The notes under the pieces: model-generated
Told to the model about the DNA's origin: nothing
Databases searched by the model: none
What the model saw: the letters and a program-made list of their open reading frames with translations, nothing else
Made by a program: the position numbers and the translations under genes
Assembly (NCBI RefSeq): GCF_006345805.1
Contig: NC_043003.1
Span: 16,926,001 to 16,990,000, forward strand
Source of the DNA: Octopus sinensis
Taxonomy: Eukaryota
DNA length: 64,000 bases
Reading direction: 5' to 3'
Part shown: positions 51,411 to 64,000 of the stretch, in pieces
Layout: the number at the start of each line of letters is the position of its first letter
How positions within the stretch are numbered: the stretch's first letter is position 1

Positions 51411-51678
51411 TTTCATTATACAATATTGAGTGAAATATTGCTGAACTAGTTCTAATATATTATTACAATTTACTTTACCGTCGGAATTGAGGATCACAAA
51501 ATTCTTGCAGTATTTGTCATGACACTTTGCATGTTGAATTCAGAACCCATCGATGCTAGTTTTTGCTCTCCATTCATTTAGGGTCACAAAAATAAAGTAT
51601 TAGTCAAATAATGGATTCATTTTAAAACTAATTTTTTCCAAATCTTAGGCTTTGTTACTTTATAGAAACAATTATTAA

Positions 51679-52085
51679 GGTGCAGGCGTGGCTGTGTGGT
51701 AAGATTTTCCCTTTCCAGCCACATGGCTCCAGGTTCAGTCCTACAACGTGGAACTTTGGACAAATGTCTTCCACTGTAGCCTCGGTCTGACCAAAGCCTT
51801 GTGTGGTTTTGATAGCTGGAAACTGAAAGAAACCGTGGTATATATATATATATTTATATATATATTTATTCATTTATTTATTTATGAGTGTGTATGTGTC
51901 CATCCACCACCACTTGACAATCGGTGTTGGTGTCTTTACATTCCCAAGATTTAGTGGCTGGGCAAAAGAGACTGATAAAATAAGTACCAGGTTTAAAGAA
52001 ATGGGGTCGATTCGTTCAACTAAAATTCTGCAAAGCGGTGACCCAGCGTGGGCTTGAACTAATGTCTGAAACCAGTAAAAGGTAA
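51679..52085 (+). mobile_element. Diverged SINE-A
   Basis: Colinear with younger copies. Confidence 0.7.
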
Positions 52086-52362
52086 GGGTGCTAGAGTGGC
52101 AAAATTGTCAAAGCGTCGCATAAAACGCATTCCTCTATGCGTTCCAATTCTCCAATTCTTTATTTTCCGAGTTCGAATCCTGCTGAGGTCAACAATACCT
52201 TTCACCCTTTCGATAAAATAATGTACGACTCAAGTACTGTGATCGATATGATCGGCAAACATTACTGCTACCAGATTTGAGGCATTGTGCATACGTTAGA
52301 AAAAATGGTTTATTTTATTGTCCTTGGAAATCTGAAATCAACTGAGAACTTAGAGGAGTCGA

Positions 52363-52755
52363 GGATCTTTTCGGTTTGAACGGCAGTTTTTAACATAATT
52401 TCTAGGTAACTAAAAAATTTTAAACTTCGTATACTGATATCTTTTTCTCTTGGCTTTATTGAGAAAATTCTATTGTTTGTAAGATATTTGTTGTTTTTTT
52501 CTTCAATTTCTGCAATTTCAACCAATCACTGACGTCTATTGAGGTAAAAAAACCCATTCTGTGCCGTATGAATATGTCCCTCGTTTAAGAAACAGATTGG
52601 GTTTATTTACATTTCTGAAGAAAAAAAGATACACTTCTCCCTAACCCTAACTAACCCTAACCCTAAAACAGATTGAAATGCAATAGATCGATACTAGGAT
52701 CATAATTATGGGTGACAATTTCATATGACACCGCTAGAAAAAACCGAAAAGATCC
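52363..52755 (+). mobile_element. Merlin-like MITE, copy 3, perfect 8-bp TSD
   Basis: GGAGTCGA|GGATC...GATCC|GGAGTCGA. Right TIR has an internal deletion. (CCCTAA)n at 52639-52666. Confidence 0.88.
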
Positions 52756-53288
52756 GGAGTCGAACTCCTAAAATGTTCCGGCGAAAATATAGTACAACAT
52801 CAAGTATGAAAGTCATCTTATCACAGTTACACACTAAAACATTGTTTTCTTTGGTTAGGTGGAGTAAGCTGTTTTTTCAACGAGGAGGGAAAGTAGATTT
52901 CTGTGATAAATTAATCAATTAATTAATTAATATACTTTCCTTGAATATTAATGACATAAACGAAGAGAAATGGGTACAATTGCTAATTGAAACTGGCTTG
53001 CGAGCTTGGTTCGCCAGAAACTTAGCACTTATTACACGGCAATCAAAATATTTCGGTGAAGAATGAAGTAGGAAAGAAAAAAAATAAACAGCCAAAAAGC
53101 AGAAGAACAAAAACTTAAGAAAAAAACCCCTCAAAAGAAAACAAATAAGAAGAAGCTAAAACACTTTGGAATAAAGGATGAAGATGAAGAAAACAGAGGA
53201 GTAAAAGAGAATGACTTGCAGACATTCATTAAGCACCTGAGAATAATAGAACGAAGGGTGGAAGAGAGAGAAGGATAGAGGAAAGAGC

Positions 53289-53322
<34 letters not shown>

Positions 53323-54627
53323 TTAGGTTATGCAATTTAGTTTAGGGAGATGAATCTGTTAGATTTAAGGTATTCACTGATGTATCAGTCCCAGTCGACC
53401 ATTAGCAGGCTTCCCGATGAGACGCAAGAAAATCAACAGAATACCTAGAAATAATGAGGCGAAACTGATTAATTTAACGAGTATGTAATTGATATAGCCA
53501 TTATCAAGTAAACCCAAACGCCAGTGAATAATTTGCAGCTATGATATTTCAAGGAAAGGTCGTAAGTGTGAAAGTTCTTATGACCTTACATAGGAAAAAG
53601 ACTTCTGCTGCTAAATCTCATTCTATTCGGTTTTGGGAAATTAGGATTAATATATATCGGCAGCCTAAAAACGAATATCTCTTATTTAAAAAAAGTGAAA
53701 GCAATATTTTTTTATGAATGAAATATGAAGGATTATCATTGACACTAGGCGCAGGCATGTGTAGTGGTTAAGAACCTCACTTTGTAGCCACATAGTTGCG
53801 GGTTCAGTCCCCACTGTTCGGCAATTTGGGCAATTTGCCGTAAATTAGCGGTTTCGCAAATAGAATGAGTACCAAACGGGAATTTTTTCGTTAAACCCTT
53901 TAAAGCGGTGCTCCAACATGGTTGCAGAACAACGAATAAAGCGAATAAAAGTTGAAATGTATTCATTCATATCGTCGACAGGAATTGTGTTACGATAAAA
54001 AAAAATCCACCAAAGAATTATTAAAAAAACAAACTCCATTTGTTTTGAAATTGTAATACTGAACACTAGTAAAGCTAATATACTCAAAATACCATTTTGT
54101 AGTTGGAATGGCTTATCAAATATCTTTATAAATTATTTTTTTCCATTCTGATTCAGAATTAAGAAATCTGAACAGGTGAGAAAATAGGATATCTGTTTTT
54201 TTCTTTTCTTTTTCCGTTTCATTTTTTTTTCAGGGGGCGGTCAAGTATCATATTCCAAATAATCTCACCAGAGTAAACTATTTAATTTTTCTTTTTCTAT
54301 ATTTCGTTCCACAAAACATTTTTATTTATGAAATATTCTTGTTAGTATTCTTAATATATATTGTATTACATAAAATGAGGGTCAATTAATCAGGTCAGCA
54401 GTAAAAGATAGAATTAATAGGGGGTGGTAGGGATAACTTATTTGCCGTATTTACTTATGGCTTTTTACGTTTCGGGTTCAAATCTCACCAGGGTTGACTT
54501 TATCATATAGACTCGATAAAATAAAGTACTGACTTGGATATGAATTGCTGTTTAAAACTAGTTTTTAATGGTGTTTTCAATATTTCATTTAAGCTTGACC
54601 CGGCAAATAAATAGATACAAACGGCTG

Positions 54628-54958
54628 TGTGCTTGTGTGTGTATGTGTGGTCAGAGCAACGAGCTTAGGATCAAGTTCGATTTCCAGACCGGGCTGTGTG
54701 TTGTGTTCTTGAGCAAGACACTTTATTTCACGTTGCTCCAGTTCATTCAGTTGTAGAAATGAGTGGCGGCGTCACTGATGCCTAGCTGTATTGACCTTTG
54801 TCTCTCCTTTGGATGAGATCGATGGCGCGGAGAGGCGTGGCTGGCAAGTATGGGTGACTGCTGGTCTTCCATAAACAACCTTGTCCAGACTTGTGCCTCT
54901 GAGGGGAACTTTCTAGGTACAATCCCATGGTCATTCATAGCTAAAAGGAGTCTTTACC
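54628..54958 (+). mobile_element. SINE-E, diverged
   Basis: Homolog of 3076-3409. Confidence 0.75.
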
Positions 54959-56074
54959 ATGCATGCGTGCGTACTTGTAAGCATGTATGTATGTATGTAT
55001 GTATGTATGTATGTATGTGAAGACACATGACTCAGTGGTTAGTGTGTTAAACTTATGATGGTAATATTGTAGTTTTGATTCCTGGATCTAGTGATGCATT
55101 GGGATCTTGAGCACAACAATTAATTTTACGTTATTCCGATTCACTCAGCCGGCAAAAATGTGTAATTCACCACAGAAACCTGGAAACCCGCCTTATGAAC
55201 CAATGATTCGTGAAGCACCTTTGATCCTTATATATATATATATAACACGGTGGCTATATCAAATAAAGAGGTATTGTAAGTGACCAACAAATGTTCTGAT
55301 GGTTATGTGCTTTTGACGACAAAGGTTTGGGATGTATTATGAAACATAATACCGTTAATCTTTCAATATTTTCACTACGGAGAAAAGATGCAAAAACATA
55401 TCATATTAATAATTGAACTAAGAATAGAGGATGTTAAAGCAGTATTGTTTTTGTTGTAAGCCTTGCTCTCTTCTATACTACATCACACGAGCTGGATTAC
55501 AAATAGGTATCAAATAGAGGCTCAGTTTGTTATGTTAAGAGCGGAGTCGTAATATCATGTCAAATATAATATATGTGATCGTGTAATTATATACATGATA
55601 AGCATGTGCGTGTGTGTATGTATGTATTTATGCATGCATGTATATATGTTCGTTTGTATGTATGTATACATACATATATGTAGTTATGTTTGTTAGTATG
55701 CATGTAAGTGCGTACATGCGTGTGTATTGCTTTATTTATGTTCTTCTTAAGAAAGTTCAAGCCGTCGCTAATAAAGTGACAAGACATTATGAGTTAAGAG
55801 AGTTCTCGGTGTTTGTAAATATGTGGTTGGGTTGGTTGGTTGAGCTGTCGATTCACACATCCAAGTGTGTGCATCTATTCATCTAAAGAATCTCAGAATG
55901 TCTTACAAGTCTTCAGTGAGCCACTAACAGATTGAATTTGGAGAACCCGTCTCAGTTTCTTTTGCTCTATCTTCGAAAAATACAGAATTTCTAGGTTTAC
56001 GTATGTATGTCTCTAGGTACGCTTATATGTATGATGTATGTATGTTTGTATATATATATATATACAAACATACA

Positions 56075-56763
56075 TACATCACGGGAAGTGCCGTTGAGCT
56101 TCGTCGGCGTCCAACCACTCAGCGGAGCGTCGCCGGTTGTCGCAAAGAATCCACTTTTCATCGCAAGTCACAATCCGGTCGAGAAACGGGTCGTTCTTGT
56201 TGCGTAAAAGGAGGGAAGACGACACTTCAAAACAGGGTTTTTTTTTTTTTTTTTTTGGTTGTCGTTCAATTCGTGCGGCACTCATTTCCCAAGTACTTTT
56301 GCTTTTCCGATCTCTTTCAAGTGGTTGGAAATTGTATACGTTACATCTAATTCAGAAGCAAGCTCTTGAACAGTTGTGCGTGAATTGTCTTCGACTAAGG
56401 CTCTTAGTTGATCATTATCAACATCCAATGGCTGACCACTATACTTAACATCTTCAAGACTCTTGTCACAGCTATGAAATTTCTTGAACCACCATTGTGC
56501 TGTACGTTCATTAGTGGTTCCTGGGCCAAACGCATCGTTGATATCGTGAGCTGCTTCAGCAGCTCTTCGGCCTAGCTTGAACTGGAATAAGAAAATTGTG
56601 CGAATTTGCTTTTTGTCCATGTTATATTCAATGTTCCAGAAAAAAATGGCCTAATTATTCAAAAAGAATGATATATAAAGTTAAAGTAATTTAACAAAAA
56701 TTAATTTGAAAATACATAATTTAAAACCAAAATTTAAAATTCCGCAAGAACTTTCTTGACAAC

Positions 56764-56767
<4 letters not shown>
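56075..56767 (-). mobile_element. Hsmar1-like (cecropia-type) mariner, 5' half, transposase pseudogene
   Basis: TIR TTAGGTTGTCAAGAAAGTTCTTGCGG after TA. MDKKQIRTIFLFQFKLG...QWWFKKF (HTH region) then FLDRIVTCDEKWI (first catalytic D). Frameshifted and 3' truncated. Confidence 0.9.
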
Positions 56768-56834
<67 letters not shown>

Positions 56835-58246
56835 TGTGTGTGGTGTGTGTTTGTGTGTGTGTATGTGTGTGTTTGTATGTATGTATGTATGATTATGTAT
56901 ATAAATGCATACATATGTTGGGAGAGAGAAAGAATAGGAGGAGGAATCTCAATACTCTTAGATATTCATGTTTATATTCTTCTCAAACGCATCTAATCTT
57001 ACGAAAATATTTCAACAGTTCACTTCAAATAGAAACAAATTTCAACTAACAAAAACAAGATGACTTAGTTAATTTAACCTGGAGCAACACTTATTGTAAT
57101 GTCGGATGAAATTATTGCTTGGAATGTTGCTATGTTGTTGAAAATAATGAATTTTATCTAAAAGCATTACGGCGCATCAGAATTTCTCTGCTGTTTATGC
57201 GTGAATATATATATGTGTGTGTTCGTGTATGTGCATACGCTTGTTTTCAGAAACGTTTAAATATCTGGGATTATCACCATGTTTTTATGGCTGCTTCATA
57301 GGTAATTATTATTATATAATTTTATTCGAACATTTCTTTTAGTTTTGCTTTGCAAGTAAACGTTTTTATAGTTAAGCATTACTGTTCGCCATTTTTTTAT
57401 ACGAATAACTTTGTTAAATATAATTTTTTATTTATATATATATACAAGTGGATATTTTTGAAATTAGATTCCGTTATCAGTTAAATATAATTACATTGAA
57501 TGAATATATTTAAAAACACTTAAGTGTTTATCTATTGTTAAGATTTTAAGAATTTCGGTGTCTAGGAATCTATAGACAGAAATAAACACGAGATATTGTT
57601 AAGAATACGTTTCTGGATCTGATTCAAACATCAAAAGATAATAGAACCGAAATGGTTGAACATCCTCTTGATACAAAAGAAATAATTATCCCCTCACAAT
57701 TAGAGACGGGGGGGGGGGTAGAAATTTGATCTTTGAGATTACGATTGAGAAGATACATACAGTACGCATATTCAAATATTTTCTGTTACTAAGCTTCTAT
57801 AATTTCTAGTTCGCTGTTATCATGTATAGCACTATTTCATTCTTTTCAGAAATCTTCAGCAAATAAGAACAAATAGACTAACTGCAACAATATGACTTGG
57901 TATAAACTGGAGCAACATTCATTGAAATGCTTTACAATATTTTTTGTTTCATTGCTTTATCATTATCTAGAAATATTCCAGTTAGCTTGAGTTTTGCATT
58001 CGGTGAAATATATATCAGTAAATATACTGTACAGATTTAATCGCCTATATCACAGACCAACATCTTTAACCAACAGAAACAAATTAAAAATAAAATTCTA
58101 TTTGATCGCATAGCAATCTCGAACATTTTTAAAGAGTCAGTAAAACTATATGAAGTACAGATTATACAATACCGAAATGAGGAACCAATTCTAATTATGT
58201 TATGTAACCAACATAAAAAATGCATACGTATACATACATACATACA

Positions 58247-58280
<34 letters not shown>

Positions 58281-58909
58281 CATACATACATACATATATA
58301 CATACATACATGCATATATACATAAATACATGCATACATACATATATCCATTCATACATTTATGCAAACATGTAAATATATGTACATACATTCATACATA
58401 CAAGCACACACATTACATACATACATACTACATAGTACGTATATTAAAGGAGGAAAATGATTAGAAGTGATTCAATATTAAAATGAACTTTTTAAATTAC
58501 AGTGAATCGATTGCTTCCTATCCAATCACAGACAAAAGCTGGACTTCATTTGTTACTTTATACCCACACGCCATATATAGTAATTGTGACCGTACAGAAG
58601 AATCAAATTATAAAAGCAGTTGAACAACTGAATGGAAAGGATTGGAATGACGGAGATTCTAAATGCGTCAGTAACAAATTCTAGCATTAGGATCAAGCTG
58701 ACTAGAAGTGACGAGATGGATACAAAATGGTTGATAAAACGAAAACAAACAACAGAGACAAATAACAGGGAAGGAGAACAGCCAAAAGTGGAGAAGAAAA
58801 ACAATGAACAGGAGGAGAGATTGGGGTAAGGAAGGTTCGGAAAGAATTTGGCTGTTTTAAGCAAAACTGAGGTAGACAGATTGACTATCAACGAAAACCA
58901 GTAGATTAT

Positions 58910-59010
58910 AATATATAATATAATATAATATAATATAATATAATATAATATAATATAATATATGATATGATATGATATGATATGATATGATATAATTTAT
59001 TATAATATAA
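58910..59010. repeat. Pentanucleotide (ATATA)/(ATATG)n array
   Basis: Direct inspection. Confidence 0.9.
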
Positions 59011-59198
59011 TATAATATGATAAAATATAAAGTAAGAAAATTAATGGTTTGTCTTAACAAAATACGAATGCAGTTTGGAAGAAAAAATAGATTTGAAGTG
59101 AAAGTGAAACTAAATCGTAGTTTCGATGTGTTTTACGGTGCTCAGTAGATTTAAGGAAGTTATTAAGGAAGCTATTAAAGATAAAAAAATATTGGTTT

Positions 59199-59360
59199 CA
59201 AATCTTGGTACGAGGCCAGCAATTTCGGGACAGGAATCAAGTCGATTACATTGATCCCAGTACCCGAGTGGTACTTATTTTATCGACCCTGAAAGAATGA
59301 AAGGCAAAATCGACCTCGGTGGAATTTAAACTCAAAACGTTCAGACGGATGAAATGCTGC
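59199..59360 (-). mobile_element. Old SINE-B-core element with alternative tail
   Basis: TATCGACCCTGAAAGAATGAAAGGCAAAATCGACCTCGGTGGAATTTAAACTC; tail resembles 27607-27690. Confidence 0.65.
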
Positions 59361-61303
59361 CTTAAAGAATAAAGAAATGTTAGTTTGAGGGGCTATGGTT
59401 GTGTTACCATTTTACAAGAACTTATAATTAAAGTCTTTAGTCATGGGACTCAGAAATAGTTTGTTTTTTATGCTTTTCACTCTAGCATTAATAATCAATT
59501 ATAATAAATAATAAGAAAATTGATAGTAGTATGCAATAATTTCAAATTTTGAAGACGGTATGTTAATATGTTTGGGAAGTTAAATCAAATACGTTTTCCT
59601 TTTAATACGTTTAAATATTTGTTGTGCAAGATTTTTTATGTGAAGTCGTGTGTTGAAACAGATATTGTTATATTTCGGAATATATTTCCTTTTATATTTT
59701 GATTAAAATTTCTTGTAAAATTTAACTTATTATCAGAAGGCAGGTGGCACTTACTACTCGCTGCTTGCTAACTGTTAAGGAATAGAATTTCATGAAATAG
59801 AATATCTCCATGACTGTCTGTAAACGAGGCGTAAAGTTATATTTTCGAATACCGTTCACCTACAAAAGCCACCCAGGTATTCTTCTGTCGTTAGGTTCAA
59901 TTAGAAGAAGAATGGCACCTTTTCTTTCTCTCTCTAGAACAAACAATAATAACAATGAGTTGATTGGAAATGAAAGCTAATATTCAACCACTGGGGCAGC
60001 CACAACAGGTATATTATATAACAAACTAAAGAACCCTGCTACGAATATCAAGGAGACAGGTGTTGTGATAATGTAATTAAACCTTAAGATGCATTCTTAT
60101 TGCTCATCCGATAGAAAAGCAAATGGTTATTATTGTTGTCAGTAATAAAGGCTTAAAACTGTGAAAGTATGATTGTACTTCCATGTCTGTCTCTCTTCCT
60201 TTCCCTCTATCTCTTTGTTTCTTTCTCTCTTGCTGTCTATTTATCTACACTCACGCACGCGCACGCACATATACTTACGAATAAATAAAACAAATGTTAT
60301 CTTTTACTTTGATGTCTTCTTGTATGTCACAAATAATACAATAAAAACATAAAAAAATAAATAAAATCTCTTTCTGCGAAAAATCAAAGGCAAACCATAT
60401 TGCCGCCAATGCTTTTAATGTTTAAATATGATTATTTATTTGTTTGTTTATCATTTTATTAGGTAATTAGAGGATATTGTTTGAATAAAACGCAAACGGT
60501 AATTAACCCATGCCTTTGAGCCAATCGACTGTACTGTTATGTTACTTAACTGTTACTAGACGAACATTCCCGGAGAAAATGGAAAACAGTCTTTTGAAGC
60601 CTCCGGTTTCTAATGAGGAATTGCGAACGGGAGAGAGAGAGAGCGCAATAGAGGTAAATGCTTGTAAGCTTGATTCTCGCGTCTATTTTTAGTAAAGCAT
60701 TTCAAGACACGCCTAAGCGACTTATATTTAATATGGAAGTCTTCAAATATACTTCTGGAACATAACAACAAGAGGTGTAAGAAACTTTTTAAGTATTTGC
60801 GGAGAAAACGGAGGAGAGAAGAAAAAAAATGCTATTAGGCGGAGTAAAGAAAGGCAGAGAAAAGGAAAAAATAATTGAAGAAAGAGAACGAAATGAAAAC
60901 ATTGAAGAGACGAGGAAGAAGGAAGAGAAGAAGAATGATAAGCAGTATGCAATTTAAAAATGAACTATTTACATAATTCTCGAAAAAAAAAATGAAATAA
61001 CAGATAACTCAAGCTTCTGTGATAAGATTTCTCGTATTAAAACAACGGCATAAAGATAAAGCTAATTTTTAAAAATAATTTCTAACATGTGTGTAATTGG
61101 TTCGTCGGAGAATGTCCAAGAGATTTCTAAAAGTAGTTGCATTTGGCACAAATCTAGTTTACATTGTGGCATTGGTGCACCTTTCCAGTCTACTGTGACC
61201 TGCTGGCTCACACTTTCTGTAGTTAGACTTTTTAGTTCAATTGTGTAGTCATATATCGACTGACATCGCATTGCAGTTAACACATGAATGTAATAGATTA
61301 CAC

Positions 61304-61752
61304 CAGTGCTTCTCAAACTCTCTGATGTGGTGTAACGGCAGTTTTTTTTTCCAAAGTGCCAGGGACCGGTAATATTTCTTAGTAATATTAATTTATACTG
61401 GAAACAATATATATAATGAATATAATAAAAGTTGTCAGTGAACAGGTCGCGGTCTCAAAGCAACGAAAATATTTTGACAAATTAAATTTAAATGTTGAAG
61501 TTTAAATGTTGATGTTTCTTAAATGGCTTATAAACACCTTCCACGCTGCAATAGTTTTCGTTCCAGCACATGATCTCAGATCAGGTCACTTGCTATGCAA
61601 GTACATCTCCGTAATATATATATTTTGTAAACAAATAATACAATATTAGATAAGCATTTTATAAAGTTTCTTTCTGGAAACTCGCCGCGTACCAGCAGAT
61701 GATTGCTCGCGGACCGGCACTGGCCCGCGGACCACCACCTTGAGTAGCACTG
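61304..61752. mobile_element. hAT (Charlie-like) non-autonomous element
   Basis: Ends CAGTGCTTCTCAA and TTGAGTAGCACTG. 8-bp flanks GATTACAC and GACTAGAC (6/8 match, resembling the NTCTAGAN Charlie target). Confidence 0.75.
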
Positions 61753-61849
61753 GACTAGACTGCGTTGAAATTGGACAGTGAGGATGGTGATTATAACTTT
61801 TGTCTTCTTCTTCTTCTTCTTCTTCTTCTTCTTCTTCTTCTTCTTCTTC

Positions 61850-62328
61850 CAATCAGGACACATGCCATTATCCACAAAGAATAATCTCTAATTCGAACCT
61901 ACTCTAAGCTACTAAGAATGCGTGTGGCAACTTGAAGATCCACCCACCACACGCGATAGACTGGCGGTTGCACGGGCGCGAAAGCTACGTTGTTATCCTC
62001 ATTTCGTAAACGGTGGCTTTTAACGAGTGGAGAGCTGAAGCACCCTGGGGTACAGAGGATTCGCAATCTAGACTGGGGTCTGAAAGTTTACCCCACCATA
62101 GTGGGTTACACCATGGTTCCTCTGCTTTGTGGCAGAAGTAGGAAGAAAGAGTGAGAGAAAGTTGTGGTGAAAGAATACAGCGGGGTTCACCCCCACTTCT
62201 GCCGGAGAGTCGTGGAGCTTAGGTGTTTTTGCCCAATAAACACTCACAATGCTCGGTCTGGGAATCGAAACCGCGTTCATTACGACCGCGAGTCCGCTGC
62301 CCTAACCACTTGGCCATTGCGCCTCCAC
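61850..62328 (-). mobile_element. SINE: C-type head with a fourth tail type and (GAA)n end
   Basis: Head at 62140-62328 matches SINE-C. Segment 61850-62135 is unrelated to the other tails and is followed on the minus strand by (GAA)n at 61802-61848. Confidence 0.6.
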
Positions 62329-62561
62329 TTTTGTTGTTGTTGCTGTTATTGTGGTTGTTTAGCTCCGGGTAAACTCTGATCAAGTTTACCTTTGATTAGA
62401 AGCATTCCAACCACATTCGGCTTTTATAGAGACACTTAGGATTATGTTATCCTCGGGGCATGGAGATTTTAGAAGATTCGTTTGCTATTTTTTGCAGACT
62501 GCACGAGCATGTCGAGGTTTCTAGTTCAGTGAAGGTGCAGATCAGCCATGATATTGAACTA

Positions 62562-63106
62562 TTGGGTTGTCAGGAAAGTTTGTGCCGATTTTTAAAGGAA
62601 AGAAAAAGGACAATAAATACTTGCCATTACATTTTTAATCAACCAAATATGAACCATTTTGTTGCACAATGCGTCTCCATCTTTTCTTTAACTTGAAAAT
62701 ACCCTCTTCCCAGAATTGAGGTGGTTTCATGGCAAAGAATTCATCAAGGTATCTTTTTACATCATCCAAGGAATTGAAATTTTTACCATGAAGACTATTC
62801 TGCAGAGACCTGAATATGTGGAAATCCGAAGGAGCAATATCTGGTGAATATGGAGGGTGGGGTAACACATCCCAGCCGAGCTGCAGCAAATTTTGTTTGG
62901 TTCCAAAAGCATGAAGTGCCGAAAAGGAACCTTCTTATCTTCCATTTTAAAGGGTTACAGAATTAACACAGGTTATAGGAACGTAAACCTTCTTCCACGA
63001 AAAGATAGCTTAAACTGTGCTCTAAATGGAAGTGTAGTCAAATCCTATTTTATGGACTCAACCATGTTCTAAAATAAGTGGAAAGTTAAGCTACTATAAA
63101 TCGGCA
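62562..63106 (-). mobile_element. Mariner internal-deletion derivative, copy 3 (best-preserved ORF)
   Basis: ORF 62635-62889 LGWDVLPHPPYSPDIAPSDFHIFRSLQNSL... carries the YSPDxAPSD motif. The TIR at the 63106 end is truncated. Confidence 0.9.
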
Positions 63107-63802
63107 TATATAAACGAAAGAAAATAAAAGAAGCAGAATGGAGAGGACAGAATATTTTTCTTGATTCAGTCCTAGTTACTTGCGTAACTAGGAATAGAAC
63201 AAGCACATTTACTAAAGAAAACATGAAAAATATAACTATGGCCACCAGATTGATCATTATGAAAAGCTCTCTGTATTGTATATCTATGAAAGATTTTAGC
63301 ACCATATTTACGTATTTTGCCTAATTGTTTATGAAAACAGTATATTTAGAAATCGTCGATAGAACAATTTTTCAAACTGAATACATAAATAATGTTTTAG
63401 CAATAATCTACTTAAAAACCCACACATTGGAATGTTGCCTTGGTGTATATAGAATGCGAACATTCGTGGCACGACAGAAGAAAAATAGATGATAAATTGA
63501 GTGGGTTGAAACAAAACAGTTTTAATGTAACGGGTCCGACTGTTAAGGATAAAAATATCTCGGACAGAAACTGAAGGTGGGACACAGGTGGATATCTCAA
63601 GAACTCAGCTATGTATGTAAATCTGCAGAGAAAATTCCTTGAGAAAAGCCAGCTGCGGGAATAAAAAGGAAGTTAGAACATATTTCATGTATGTTTATAG
63701 GTGTGGAAATATGCGAGAAAGAAAGAAGTGGAAAAAGAAGATGGAAAGAAAACAGAGAAAGGAAACCACTAAGAACTGTAGTGGCAACAATTGTAACTTT
63801 AT

Positions 63803-63835
<33 letters not shown>

Positions 63836-64000
63836 GATCACCATCAGCAGCAGCAGCCAGAGAAACAGTAGTTGTTAGAGTAGCAGCAACGGCAGCAGAT
63901 GTAATAGTTACAGTAGTGGAGAAGAGAAAGTAAGAAGGCAGGCTAACCCAGGAAGGATAATGGAAATATGAGCGGTGAAAAGTAGGTACGTCTTCGTAAT

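Noticed and set aside
56079-56620. Domesticated SETMAR-like host gene
   Set aside because: Frameshifted, truncated, retains a TIR, and no SET-domain exons are visible.

Overview
AT-rich, microsatellite-saturated eukaryotic DNA made almost entirely of transposable elements and simple repeats. The repeat landscape (tRNA-headed SINEs with interchangeable tails, (AAT)n-flanked retroelements, mariner derivatives, (TA)/(TATC)/(TATG) arrays) looks like an octopus (cephalopod) genome; this is an inference from pattern recognition, not a database match. I can support no intact protein-coding gene, rRNA, real tRNA gene or CRISPR array. Nearly all listed ORFs are translations of microsatellites or SINEs. 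The only protein-like sequences are transposon fossils: DD34D mariner (an Hsmar1-like copy and three copies of one deletion derivative), a DD37D/maT-like transposase, RTE-type LINE ends and a Tx1/L1-like ORF2 end. Family labels SINE-A to SINE-F are my working names. The most interesting signals are: (1) a minimal hammerhead ribozyme with a U3-A8 core covariation at 22745-22788; (2) a SINE that forms head-to-tail multimers with an invariant junction inside single TSD pairs; (3) SINE head/tail module swapping; (4) retroelement ends restricted to (AAT)n or (TATC)n arrays; (5) a Merlin-like MITE carrying telomere-type repeats; (6) two long fold-back palindromes; (7) canonical non-autonomous Helitrons. 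Coordinates were counted by hand and may be off by a few bases, more for old diverged copies.
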